Positions 22,135 to 31,956 of a DNA stretch of 64,000 nucleotides are shown piece after piece. This stretch comes from an uncultured bacterium (GTDB taxonomy: Bacteria; Zixibacteria; MSB-5A5; CAIYYT01). The notes under the pieces are model-generated. The model did not search any database and was not told the origin of the DNA. It saw nothing but the letters and a program-made list of their open reading frames with translations. Location: the NCBI GenBank assembly GCA_963726455.1, contig CAVSCK010000005.1, positions 416,001 to 480,000 on the forward strand, given 5' to 3'. The stretch's first letter is position 1. The number at the start of each line of letters is the position of its first letter. The translations under genes and the position numbers were made by a program.

Positions 22135-22986
22135 ATGACATCACCTGATTATTCCCCCAACGTCACCGCCTTTCGTGCCCTCCACCAATCCGGTTGCTTT
22201 GTATTGCCGAATCCGTGGGATATCGGGTCTGCGAAGATGCTGCAGCATCTGGGATTCAAGGCGCTGGCGACAACTTCGGCGGGATTCGCGTTTTCGCGCG
22301 GGTTGCCCGACTCGATGGCGGCTTTGTCGCTGGCGGACGTGCTGGCGCATATCAGGGAGATTGTCGCAGCAACACCGCTGCCGGTTAATGCCGATTTTCA
22401 GGCGGGATACGCAACTGATCTCGACGGCGTGGCAAAGAATGTGACGTCGTGTGTACAGACCGGTGTTGCCGGACTGTCAATCGAGGATGCTTCGGGAAAT
22501 CCGCAGAATCCTCTCTTCGATCGCGCCGTTGCAATCGAGCGTGTCCGCGCTACACGAAAGGCAATTGATGCTACTGGAACAGGTGTTGTTCTGACCGCGC
22601 GCTGCGAGGTGTATCTGTTCGGCAATCCTGATGCCAGACAAATTGCTCTTGATCGGTTGACCGCGTTTGCCGAAGCCGGCGCTGATTGCCTGTATGCACC
22701 CGGAGTGCGGGATATCAAAGTGATCGAAGAAATCGTCAAGGCTGTCGCGCCCAAACCGGTGAACGTGATTGCCTCGACGGCGCATCCAGATTTGACGGTG
22801 GCGAAACTTGCCGACGTCGGAGTACGTCGTATATCTGTGGGCTCGGCGCTGGCGCGGGTGGCCTGGAGCGCGTTTATCAGAGCTGCAGAAAGCATCGCCA
22901 GCACGGGAACGTTTGAGGCGTTTGCGGACATCACGCCGATTAAGACCCTCAACGAAATCTTTGACAGAAATTCGCGTAACCAATAG
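22135..22986 (+). CDS. Isocitrate lyase/PEP mutase family protein
   Basis: LPNPWD, ALATTSAG, PVNADF, GLSIED, AGADCLYAPG and RRISVG motifs. Confidence 0.92.
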   Translation: MTSPDYSPNVTAFRALHQSGCFVLPNPWDIGSAKMLQHLGFKALATTSAGFAFSRGLPDSMAALSLADVLAHIREIVAATPLPVNADFQAGYATDLDGVAKNVTSCVQTGVAGLSIEDASGNPQNPLFDRAVAIERVRATRKAIDATGTGVVLTARCEVYLFGNPDARQIALDRLTAFAEAGADCLYAPGVRDIKVIEEIVKAVAPKPVNVIASTAHPDLTVAKLADVGVRRISVGSALARVAWSAFIRAAESIASTGTFEAFADITPIKTLNEIFDRNSRNQ

Positions 22987-22994
22987 GCAGGAAT

Positions 22995-23522
22995 ATGATC
23001 CAGCATCTCAAATGGAGCGAGCGCAAGTTCGTTCTTGATTTTCCGGTCGGGCTGATGCCGCAGTTTATCGAACGGCTGCGCGGCACACCGGCGCGAGTCG
23101 AGGAACTCTGCCGTGGACTTCAACCGGCGGTACTGACGCGACGCCTTGACGGCAAGTGGTCGATTCAGGAAAACATCGGGCATCTGATTCAAGTCGAGCG
23201 GTTGCACGACGGCCGCATTGATGATTTTCGCAAACGGGCTTCGACTTTGGGTGCCGCCAACTTGCAGAATCCCGCCACTGAAGCCGCAGATTACAACGCA
23301 CAATCCATTGCCTCGATTATGGCCGAATTCCGGAAAGCGCGAACGAACTTCATACGGCGCATCGAGGAGTTTCCCGACGACCTCGTCGGGCACGTCGCCA
23401 TGCACCCGCGGCTCAATGTGCCGATGCGATTGGTGGATATGCTCTATTTCGTCGGGGAGCACGACGACTTCCATTTTGCCGTGGCTGTCGAGCTGTTGCG
23501 CCGCCAGGGCGGAACGATCTGA
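22995..23522 (+). CDS. DinB_2 family protein
   Basis: KWSIQENIGHL and EHDDFH motifs. Confidence 0.88.
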   Translation: MIQHLKWSERKFVLDFPVGLMPQFIERLRGTPARVEELCRGLQPAVLTRRLDGKWSIQENIGHLIQVERLHDGRIDDFRKRASTLGAANLQNPATEAADYNAQSIASIMAEFRKARTNFIRRIEEFPDDLVGHVAMHPRLNVPMRLVDMLYFVGEHDDFHFAVAVELLRRQGGTI

Positions 23523-23662
23523 ATTCCGGCAATTGGCTGCCAACAATCGCCATTTACGTCAAGTATCACTATCGCAGCAGGAAACCCAGCGCAAAGATTA
23601 TCGGACCGGAGAACGGGGAAAATTGTATATTGGAGAGTAACATTGCCCAAGACCGGCGCGCT

Positions 23663-23700
23663 CCCTCACCCCCGACCCCTCTCCCAATGGGCGAGGGGAG
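23663..23700. repeat. CCCTCACCCC..CCCTCTCCC...GGGAGAGGG-type palindromic repeat
   Basis: CCCTCACCCCCGACCCCTCTCCCAATGGGCGAGGGGAG resembles a widespread intergenic repeat family (recalled pattern). Confidence 0.6.
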
Positions 23701-23705
23701 GAACG

Positions 23706-23773
23706 GTGGAATAAGCATTCCTGCTTGTCCGGGTGGTCAGGCGTATTGAGTCAGACAAGAATGTCTAACCTAC
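23706..23773. repeat. Short-loop REP doublet (classical REPIN architecture)
   Basis: GTGG-AATAAGCA-TTCC-TGCTTGTCC, ~19 nt spacer, then GTCAGACA-AGAA-TGTCTAAC-CTAC (GTAG foot on the minus strand). Confidence 0.7.
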
Positions 23774-23909
23774 TGAATCGTAGATGATACGGCGAGTAGG
23801 CAGCGGTCAAGGCCGAGTAGGGCTTTGACGATACCAAAGATGAAGGCAGAACAAAGCTTAGGGTAACCGACGACAAGCCATTGGAAGCGACAACAAAGAG
23901 GTTTACGAA

Positions 23910-24860
23910 ATGAATTACTTGGTAACAGGCGGAGCGGGATTTATCGGCTCCAATTTGGTCAGGGAACTTCTCAGCCGGGGCGAACAGGTTCGTATCCTCG
24001 ACAACTTCTCCACCGGACGCCGCCAGAATATCAAGGAATATCTGGACGACATCGAAGTCGTCGAGGGAGACATCCGCGATTTCTGGGTGACTTTCGATGC
24101 CTGCAAGGGTATTGACATTGTCCTGCATCAAGCAGCGTTGCCATCAGTCAACCGCTCGGTCGAAAATCCGCTGACCTCCAACGATGTTAACATTACCGGC
24201 ACGTTAACCGTGCTCGAATGCGCGCGCCGCCAGGGAGCCAAGAAGCTGTTCTTTGCGTCGTCATCGTCGGTTTATGGCGATACGCCGACTTTGCCGAAGC
24301 ATGAAGGCATGATACCGAGTCCGTTGTCACCGTACGCGATTTCGAAGTTAACAGGTGAACACTATTGCCGTGTCTACTCGAATCTCTATGGCATGCCGGC
24401 CATCGCGTTCCGTTACTTCAATGTGTTCGGGCCGAACCAAAACCCTGACAGCCAGTATGCGGCGGTCATACCCAAATTCATCAAGTCGATTCTCAGCGAC
24501 GAATCGCCGGTGTTCTTCGGTGACGGCCTGCAGTCGCGCGATTTTACCTACATCGACAACCTGACCAATGCCGTGCTGACCGCCTGCGAACAGGACGACG
24601 TCACACAGGGCGAGTACAACCTTGCCTGCGGCGGACAATACACACTGCGCGACCTCGTGGAGCAGCTTAATCTGCTTACGGGGAAGAATATCGAGCCCAA
24701 GATGGCGCCGGCACGTCCGGGCGATATCAAGCATTCGTTTGCGGATGTCAGTAAGATCGAAAAAGCGTTTGGGATCAAGCCGATAGTGAGTTTCAGCGAG
24801 GGGCTGGAAAAGACTATTGCGTTCTACAAACGCGAGGCGTTACTTACCAGTCGTGTCTGA
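23910..24860 (+). CDS. NAD-dependent UDP-sugar 4-epimerase (extended SDR, WbpP/TviC-like)
   Basis: TGGAGFIGS, ASSSSVYG, YAISK and YFNVFGP motifs. Confidence 0.92.
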   Translation: MNYLVTGGAGFIGSNLVRELLSRGEQVRILDNFSTGRRQNIKEYLDDIEVVEGDIRDFWVTFDACKGIDIVLHQAALPSVNRSVENPLTSNDVNITGTLTVLECARRQGAKKLFFASSSSVYGDTPTLPKHEGMIPSPLSPYAISKLTGEHYCRVYSNLYGMPAIAFRYFNVFGPNQNPDSQYAAVIPKFIKSILSDESPVFFGDGLQSRDFTYIDNLTNAVLTACEQDDVTQGEYNLACGGQYTLRDLVEQLNLLTGKNIEPKMAPARPGDIKHSFADVSKIEKAFGIKPIVSFSEGLEKTIAFYKREALLTSRV

Positions 24861-25731
24861 TATACCCCGCAACACTACGGCCAACGGCGCATTGGCACCA
24901 GAGGTTTCGGCCTCAATTCCGCTTTGGCAAATTGGCGCGCTGGCCGCTGCGTTCCTGCTTCTGTATTTCCCGATCATCATCGATCTGGTCTACGACTGGT
25001 ACACCGATCCCAATTACGGTCACGGATTTCTGATCATACCGGTTGTCGCCTGGGTTATCTGGCGCAAGCGCGAAGTGCTCAAAACTATTCCCTTGGAAAC
25101 CAGCAAATGGGGCCTGCCGGTTATCGGGGCATCCCTGCTGTTGTTCATCGCCGGTACTGCCGGAGCGGAATTTTTCACCACTCGCGTCTCGATGGTGGGG
25201 CTGCTACTGGGAATCACGCTTTACATGGCCGGCCAGCGTTTCGTGCGGGAGATCTGGTTTGCGTTTTTCTTCCTGTTGTTCATGATTCCGGTGCCATACA
25301 TCATCTACTATAGCGCCACATTCCCGCTGCAATTGCTAGGTTCGAAAATCGCGTCCGGCGTGCTCACGGTCGCGGGAATTCCGCATTTACGACAGGGCAA
25401 CATCATTCACCTGCCCGACAATTATTCGCTTGAGGTCGCAGAGGCCTGTTCGGGCTTACGGTCACTGGTGTCATTGCTGGCGCTGGGGGCGTTGCTGGGA
25501 TATTTGACGCTCAAGACGAAATGGAAAGCCATCACACTCTTTGTCGCGACGGTACCGATTGCGATCGCCGCCAATATTTTCCGCATCTCGATCACCGCGA
25601 TCGGCGCTTACGGCATCTCGCGCGCGATCGCCGAGGATTTTCTGCATGAACTATCGGGAACGATCGTGTTTATGTTCAGCTTGATTTGCCTGCTGATCTT
25701 AAGCTCGATCCTGCGCATGGGGAAGAAATGA
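24853..25731 (+). CDS. Exosortase (EpsH family)
   Basis: Multi-TM, YGHGFLI, catalytic triad contexts VAEACSGLRS, ANIFRI and FLHE. GTG start overlapping the upstream stop is inferred. Confidence 0.92.
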   Translation: MSDIPRNTTANGALAPEVSASIPLWQIGALAAAFLLLYFPIIIDLVYDWYTDPNYGHGFLIIPVVAWVIWRKREVLKTIPLETSKWGLPVIGASLLLFIAGTAGAEFFTTRVSMVGLLLGITLYMAGQRFVREIWFAFFFLLFMIPVPYIIYYSATFPLQLLGSKIASGVLTVAGIPHLRQGNIIHLPDNYSLEVAEACSGLRSLVSLLALGALLGYLTLKTKWKAITLFVATVPIAIAANIFRISITAIGAYGISRAIAEDFLHELSGTIVFMFSLICLLILSSILRMGKK

Positions 25732-26366
25732 AGAAATTCGGCATGGTGATGGCATTGTTAATACCGTTCGGTTTGCTGGCGATCGTTCTCCGGTATATGG
25801 AAATCGAGCCCAAGCAACCGTCGCAGTTGGCATCCATGCCGCTCTTGATCGGCAACTGGACCGGCGAGGAATTCCCTATTAATGATGCCACAGCGTCGGT
25901 GCTGAAGGCATCTGATGCGGTGGTGCGTAACTACACCGACTCTACCGGCAATAACATCGGGCTGTTCGTCGCCTACTTCCGCGACCAGAAATACGGTTCG
26001 CAGATACACTCGCCACGCCATTGCCTGCCGGGCGGTGGTTGGGTGGTTTCCGGGCTGGAGCGGGTCCCGTTCGACCTGGGGACGCGCCAGATTACCGTGA
26101 ACCGCATGACGATCACCCACAAGGCGCAAGTTGACCAGATGTTTTACTGGTTCCACACGCGTTCCGGCGACCTGACCTCCGAGTATGCCCTCAAATTCGA
26201 CCTGGTCAAGAATTCCCTCTTGTTCTCGCCCACCGATGCGGTTATCATTCGCCTGACCGTGCCGCAGGGAAAACGAACCCCGGCGGAATGTCAGCAAGTG
26301 GCGGAGAAATTCATGCAGGGCGTCCTGGGCGATATTCGCAAGGCGCTCCCATTTACCACGATTTAA
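25728..26366 (+). CDS. epsI: EpsI family exosortase-associated protein
   Basis: IHSPRHCLPGGGW and FYWF motifs. ATGA overlap with the exosortase stop. Confidence 0.9.
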   Translation: MKKFGMVMALLIPFGLLAIVLRYMEIEPKQPSQLASMPLLIGNWTGEEFPINDATASVLKASDAVVRNYTDSTGNNIGLFVAYFRDQKYGSQIHSPRHCLPGGGWVVSGLERVPFDLGTRQITVNRMTITHKAQVDQMFYWFHTRSGDLTSEYALKFDLVKNSLLFSPTDAVIIRLTVPQGKRTPAECQQVAEKFMQGVLGDIRKALPFTTI

Positions 26367-27248
26367 ATGCCATTACGAGCCGTAATCAAGCTGCTTCGCC
26401 CCAGCCAATGGGTGAAAAACCTTGTCGTTTTCGGCGCGCTGATTTTCGCTCGCGAATTCACTGACAGCGCCAAGATCGGCAAAGCCGTATTCGCATTCGT
26501 AATCTTCTGCCTGTTGTCCTCCACGATCTATATCATCAACGACATCATCGATCGTGAGTCGGATCGCTCCCACCCCCTCAAGAAAAATCGACCCCTGGCT
26601 TCAGGTGTGATCAAACCCGCGACGGCGTGGATCATGGCGTTCGTCATCGGGGGAGTTGCCGTCGGATTGACTCTGACCATGCCGGATCTGTTCATGCTGA
26701 CGGTAATCGTCTTCCTGATTTTCAATATCCTTTACTCGCTGCTGCTGAAGAAGATCGTCATCATAGATGTGATGGCAATTGCTGCCTCATTCGTCATCCG
26801 CGCCACGGCCGGGTCATTCGCGATCGGCGTGCCCAATTCATCCTGGTTGGTGGCCTGCACGTTCCTGTTGGCATTGTTCATCGGCTTCGGCAAACGGCGA
26901 CATGAAATTGTGACGCTCGGCCAGGAAGCCGCCAGCCACCGTATCGCTCTGAAAAGCTATTCCGCGTACTTTCTGGATCAGCTAATCGGGGTGGTTACAG
27001 CGTCGACGGTTGTGGCTTACACGTTCTATACGCTTTCTCCAGAGATCCAGCAGAAGCTGGGGGTCAGCCATCTGGAATTGACGATTCCGTTCGTCCTGTA
27101 TGGTATCTTCCGCTACCTGTATCTGATTCATCAGGAGGAAAAGGGTGGTTCGCCGACTGAGCTGCTGCTGTCGGACATACCGATTCTGATAAACGTCGTC
27201 CTCTGGTTCCTGGCGGTGATGGCGATTTTCTCGCTTTCCGGGAACTGA
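26367..27248 (+). CDS. UbiA-family decaprenyl-phosphate phosphoribosyltransferase
   Basis: RPSQWVKN, YIINDIIDRESDRSHPLKKNRPLASG and GFGKRRHE motifs. Confidence 0.9.
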   Translation: MPLRAVIKLLRPSQWVKNLVVFGALIFAREFTDSAKIGKAVFAFVIFCLLSSTIYIINDIIDRESDRSHPLKKNRPLASGVIKPATAWIMAFVIGGVAVGLTLTMPDLFMLTVIVFLIFNILYSLLLKKIVIIDVMAIAASFVIRATAGSFAIGVPNSSWLVACTFLLALFIGFGKRRHEIVTLGQEAASHRIALKSYSAYFLDQLIGVVTASTVVAYTFYTLSPEIQQKLGVSHLELTIPFVLYGIFRYLYLIHQEEKGGSPTELLLSDIPILINVVLWFLAVMAIFSLSGN

Positions 27249-27347
27249 AGAGGATTTGGTGCATAACATGGCAATAAGAGCGGCTGTTGGCCGATTGTGC
27301 GATAACCTTGTAGAACCTGTATGATTACAGTACCGAAGGATTTTGTG

Positions 27348-28256
27348 ATGAAAGCTGATCTAATGCGATACGTCATTGCCCTGTTGCTGCTGTCTTTGAC
27401 CGCATCTTGCAGCAGCGATAATACCAAGACCGCCGATAATAATTCCGGCCCGTCGATACCTGCGGGGGCCGAGTTCACCGGCTTCAGCGTGTCCGGCACC
27501 CCCAAGGCCTTTGACAGGGGCGGCGCCTGGGATAACCTTGGCGACAAGGCCGACAAATTCCTTTACAACGGTTTCGAGAAGGGCATGTCGACCCAGTACG
27601 TATCCGATGACAAAGCTCGCAATCTGAAAATCGATGTCATGAAGTTCTCCGAACCGGAGCGCGCCTACGGATTGTATTTGTATCTGCGCCCGGCAAAATC
27701 TCATCCCGTTGACGTGCAACCGCTGGGATGTTTTGGTAAAGATACATTGTTGTTTGTGAAGGGCTCATACCTGGGCAGAGCGGTCGGTTCCTACTCCAAT
27801 TCGGAAACGGATCTGATCCTGGCATCCAGGATGGCGTTGTCGAAGATTACGGATTCGGTAATGTTGCCGGTTCAAGTGCAGTACTATCCAGCCGAGGGGA
27901 TGATACCTAATTCGCAGACCGTCCTGCTTGATGACATCGGCGGCATGAGCGTCCAAAGCAATTTGTTCGGCGCTTCCTATCTGGTTGACGGAGACACTGT
28001 TCACGTCTATGTCCAAGCGAATCCAGGAGCCGGACCGACAATGGCGGTGAGCAAGTTTATTGGTAAAGAGGGTCGCGTAAAAGATTATCTCATGGATTCC
28101 GATACGCAGGCGCTTACCGGCACGGACGGCCAGGGAAGATATGTTTACTGCGCGGTAAGGAATAATGTTCTCTGTGCCATCGTCGGCAGGATCGACTTGA
28201 AAGCCGAGCAGGAGTTGGCCGACAAGTGTTTTGCGCTGGCGGCTAAGTCGCAGTAA
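27348..28256 (+). CDS. Hypothetical lipoprotein (possibly DUF6599-like)
   Basis: Lipobox LTASC. Family call is tentative. Confidence 0.7.
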   Translation: MKADLMRYVIALLLLSLTASCSSDNTKTADNNSGPSIPAGAEFTGFSVSGTPKAFDRGGAWDNLGDKADKFLYNGFEKGMSTQYVSDDKARNLKIDVMKFSEPERAYGLYLYLRPAKSHPVDVQPLGCFGKDTLLFVKGSYLGRAVGSYSNSETDLILASRMALSKITDSVMLPVQVQYYPAEGMIPNSQTVLLDDIGGMSVQSNLFGASYLVDGDTVHVYVQANPGAGPTMAVSKFIGKEGRVKDYLMDSDTQALTGTDGQGRYVYCAVRNNVLCAIVGRIDLKAEQELADKCFALAAKSQ

Positions 28257-28482
28257 TTTCGAGGCGCCCTGCATTCTGTGGCAACCTGGAGAGCCGATCT
28301 GATTGTCGGCAACTGCTTAGCCGAATCTCTGACAGGCAACATCTCGACGCAACTCAAACTTCGCCTGATTATACCCGTAAGCTCTCGTGAGTCACGATGG
28401 GGACACCCTTTATTAGCTTGCTACGCCTGCGCAACCGGATTATCTTGCCGCCGTATAACAGCTAAGGAACTGGAATTGGGAA

Positions 28483-31400
28483 ATGTCATTTAGTTCAATA
28501 ATAACCAGGATTTTTGGCAGCAAATACGACCGTGACGTCAAGTCGATGACGCCGATCGTAGCCGAGATCAACGAAATCTTCGAAACTCTCAAAGACTGGC
28601 CGGACGAGAAATTCGTCACCCGCACCAACGAGTTCAAAGCGGAACTTGTCGAACTCAAAGAAGAAATCAACAAGCAAGCCGAGTTGGAAGAGTGGGACAA
28701 GGACACCTTCAAGAAGAACTTCCGCACTGAGATTGACAACTATCTGAATGAAATTCTGCCGGAGGCATTCGCGATGGCCAAGGAGGCCTGCCGGCGTTTG
28801 TGCGGAACCTCCTGGAACGTCTGCGGGCTGGATACAACCTGGGACATGGTGCCCTACGACGTGCAGCTTATCGGCGGAATCGCGCTGCATATGGGCAAGA
28901 TCGCCGAAATGGCAACCGGTGAAGGCAAAACGCTAGTAGCTACCATGCCAATTTACCTTAACGCGCTGGTCGGCGAGGGTGTGCATCTGGTGACTGTCAA
29001 CGACTACCTGGCGCTCCGCGACTCTGAATGGATGGGCGAGGTCTACAAGTTCCTTGGACTGACCATCGGCTGTATCCAGCACGATATGGATTTCGGCGAA
29101 CGTCGCGCCCAGTATGCCTGTGATATAACTTACGGAACAAATAACGAATTCGGTTTCGATTACCTGCGCGACAACATGGCAATTGCGCCGGAGTATCGCG
29201 TGCAACGGCGGCATTTCTATGCCATCGTCGACGAAGTGGACAGCGTGCTGATCGACGAAGCGCGCACGCCCTTGATCATCTCCGGCCCGGTCGAAAGTGA
29301 TTCGCAACGTTATCAGGAAATGCAGCCCCTGGTCGACCGACTGGTGCGCAAGCAGACCGAGTTAGCCAACCGAATGATGACCGAAGCCGAGAAGATGATG
29401 GAAGAGGACGAGGATAAGGAAGATGAAGCGGCCTTCCGTCTTCTGGCAGTGCAGCGCGGCATGCCGAAAAACAAACGGCTGCTGCGGCTTTACAAGGAAG
29501 GCGGCGCGCGCCGTCTGGCACAAACTCTGGAACTGAATCTCCTGCGCGAAAAGCGCATGCACACGCTCGACGAGGAGTTGTATTTCGTTATCGACGAAAA
29601 AGAGCATACGATCAATCTGACCGATAAGGGGCGCGACCTGCTCTCGCCCGAGGACAAAGCATTATTCATTCTGCCCGACATCACCGAGGGTTTGCATCAG
29701 ATCGACACAGACGAAAAACTCACCGAAGAACAGAAGCAGGTGGAGAAGGAGCGGCTCTACAAAGTTCACGCCGAACGCGCCGACAAGAACCACGCGATAA
29801 ATCAGCTTCTCAAGGCCTATTCGCTATACGAAAAGGACGTCGAATACGTCTTGCAGGAAGGCAAGGTTCTGATCGTTGACGAGTTCACCGGGCGACTCAT
29901 GCCGGGACGTCGGTATTCTGATGGCCTTCATCAGGCGATCGAAGCCAAAGAGAAAGTCCGGGTTGAAGGTGAGACCCAGACCGTCGCGACTATCACGCTG
30001 CAGAACTACTTCCGCATGTATTTCAAGCTTGCCGGCATGACCGGTACCGCCGAAACCGAAGCGGGCGAATTGTGGGAAATCTACAAGCTCGATGTCATGG
30101 TCATCCCGACCAATAAGCCGGTGCGCCGTCTCGATTACGAAGACCAGATCTTCCGCACCCGACGCGAAAAATACAACGCCATCATCGATGAAATCGAGGC
30201 GCTGCATACCAAGGGTTTGCCGGCGCTGGTCGGTACCATCTCGGTCGAAGTATCGGAGACTCTGTCGCGCATGCTGAAAAGAAAAGGCATCCCCCACAAC
30301 GTGCTGAATGCCAAGTATCACCAGCAGGAAGCAGAAATTGTCCGCGACGCGGGACGCGCCAATGCGGTAACCATTGCCACCAACATGGCAGGCCGTGGTA
30401 CCGACATCAAGCTGGAAAAGAAATCGATCCAGCGCGACCAACTCGATGACGAGATCAAGGACGCGCTCAAGCATATTCCCGAACCGGAAGGCCTCGGGCT
30501 GGGCGAAAACGAGGAGCCGTTCGGGCTTTACATCATCGGTACCGAGCGCCATGAATCGCGGCGCATCGATCGCCAGTTGCGCGGTCGTGCCGGCCGTCAG
30601 GGTGACTTTGGCGCCTCGCGGTTCTTCCTCTCTCTTGAAGATGATCTGATGCGCTTATTCGGCAGCGACCGTATCGCCGCGGTGATGGATCGACTCGGCG
30701 TCAAGGAAGGCGAAGTGATTACTCATCCGATGGTAACCAAGGCCATCGAACGTGCCCAAAAACGAATCGAAATTCAAAACTTCTCCATCCGCAAACATAC
30801 CGTGCAGTACGACGACGTCATGAACAACCAGCGCACCGCCATCTATGACCGCCGCAACGCGCTGATAGATAAACCGAGCCACAAGGATGAAGTGCTACGG
30901 CTGATCGGCGAAGTGGCCGAGCGTATGGTCGATGAATTCGTTCCCGATGACGGTTCGGAGGGCGAGCCGGACTATGGTTCGCTGGCGCAGTCCTGTTTCA
31001 ATACCTTCCTGCTCAATATCAATTTCAAATCCGACGAATGGTCGGGATTGACAAAGTTCGGCCTGGCCGAAAAACTGCAGGAAGCCACGCTTGAGCATTA
31101 CCGCCGCAAGGAACTGTTCCTGGGCGAGGAAGTGATGCGGCATCTGGAGCGTTTTGCGCTGCTGACCACGATCGACACCGAGTGGAAAGAACATCTGTAC
31201 GAGATGGATCAGATGAAAGAAGGCATCGGCCTGCGCGCCTATGGCCAGCGCGATCCTTTGATCGAGTACAAGAAAGAGGCCTACAACATGTTCAACGGCC
31301 TGGTCGATCGCATCGACAAAACGGCCATCAGCCTGGTTTTCAAATTGCAGCCCGTCGATCAGAGCCAGGTTCAGCAACGCCGCCAGCAATCGCAGGCGCG

Positions 31401-31584
31401 TCTGCGCTCGGTGCATGAAAGTATCAGTGGTATGTCGAAAGTTCTTCCTGAAGCCGAACAACCGGACGAGACGATGCCGGAAAAACACAAACCGATTGTC
31501 CGCGATCTTCCCAAAGTTGGCCGCAATGACCCCTGCCCCTGCGGCTCCGGCAAGAAATACAAAAAGTGCCACGGAATGGAATAG
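28483..31584 (+). CDS. secA: Preprotein translocase ATPase SecA
   Basis: [52 protein letters not shown] motif [13 protein letters not shown]. Confidence 0.98.
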   Translation: MSFSSIITRIFGSKYDRDVKSMTPIVAEINEIFETLKDWPDEKFVTRTNEFKAELVELKEEINKQAELEEWDKDTFKKNFRTEIDNYLNEILPEAFAMAKEACRRLCGTSWNVCGLDTTWDMVPYDVQLIGGIALHMGKIAEMATGEGKTLVATMPIYLNALVGEGVHLVTVNDYLALRDSEWMGEVYKFLGLTIGCIQHDMDFGERRAQYACDITYGTNNEFGFDYLRDNMAIAPEYRVQRRHFYAIVDEVDSVLIDEARTPLIISGPVESDSQRYQEMQPLVDRLVRKQTELANRMMTEAEKMMEEDEDKEDEAAFRLLAVQRGMPKNKRLLRLYKEGGARRLAQTLELNLLREKRMHTLDEELYFVIDEKEHTINLTDKGRDLLSPEDKALFILPDITEGLHQIDTDEKLTEEQKQVEKERLYKVHAERADKNHAINQLLKAYSLYEKDVEYVLQEGKVLIVDEFTGRLMPGRRYSDGLHQAIEAKEKVRVEGETQTVATITLQNYFRMYFKLAGMTGTAETEAGELWEIYKLDVMVIPTNKPVRRLDYEDQIFRTRREKYNAIIDEIEALHTKGLPALVGTISVEVSETLSRMLKRKGIPHNVLNAKYHQQEAEIVRDAGRANAVTIATNMAGRGTDIKLEKKSIQRDQLDDEIKDALKHIPEPEGLGLGENEEPFGLYIIGTERHESRRIDRQLRGRAGRQGDFGASRFFLSLEDDLMRLFGSDRIAAVMDRLGVKEGEVITHPMVTKAIERAQKRIEIQNFSIRKHTVQYDDVMNNQRTAIYDRRNALIDKPSHKDEVLRLIGEVAERMVDEFVPDDGSEGEPDYGSLAQSCFNTFLLNINFKSDEWSGLTKFGLAEKLQEATLEHYRRKELFLGEEVMRHLERFALLTTIDTEWKEHLYEMDQMKEGIGLRAYGQRDPLIEYKKEAYNMFNGLVDRIDKTAISLVFKLQPVDQSQVQQRRQQSQARLRSVHESISGMSKVLPEAEQPDETMPEKHKPIVRDLPKVGRNDPCPCGSGKKYKKCHGME

Positions 31585-31956
31585 GCATTACCTGGATCTT
31601 CTTTGCTACGGCATCCGGAGCGCAATCCTTTCCCGATTTTGGTCTTGCTAAAAGGGACTTCACTCCTTACATTAGTAACGACACAATTCAAGATGTTGGC
31701 AATGGCAGCCCAATGACGAAACAGCGAGGGGCAGACTGACTGCTTCTCCACAGGAGACGCGCAAGTGCACCGGCGCGGCCTCCGGATGAATTCGATCAGC
31801 CAACTGGCGCAAGTTCCACACATGCAAATAGGGAGGACGAATGAACCTACGGTTTATGCTGTTGAGAATGTGTCTGTATGCACGTACTCGGACTTCGAGG
31901 CCCGATAAGGATTCCTTTACTATCGAATGTTCCTTTCACTCTGAAAGGAGCAAAAT

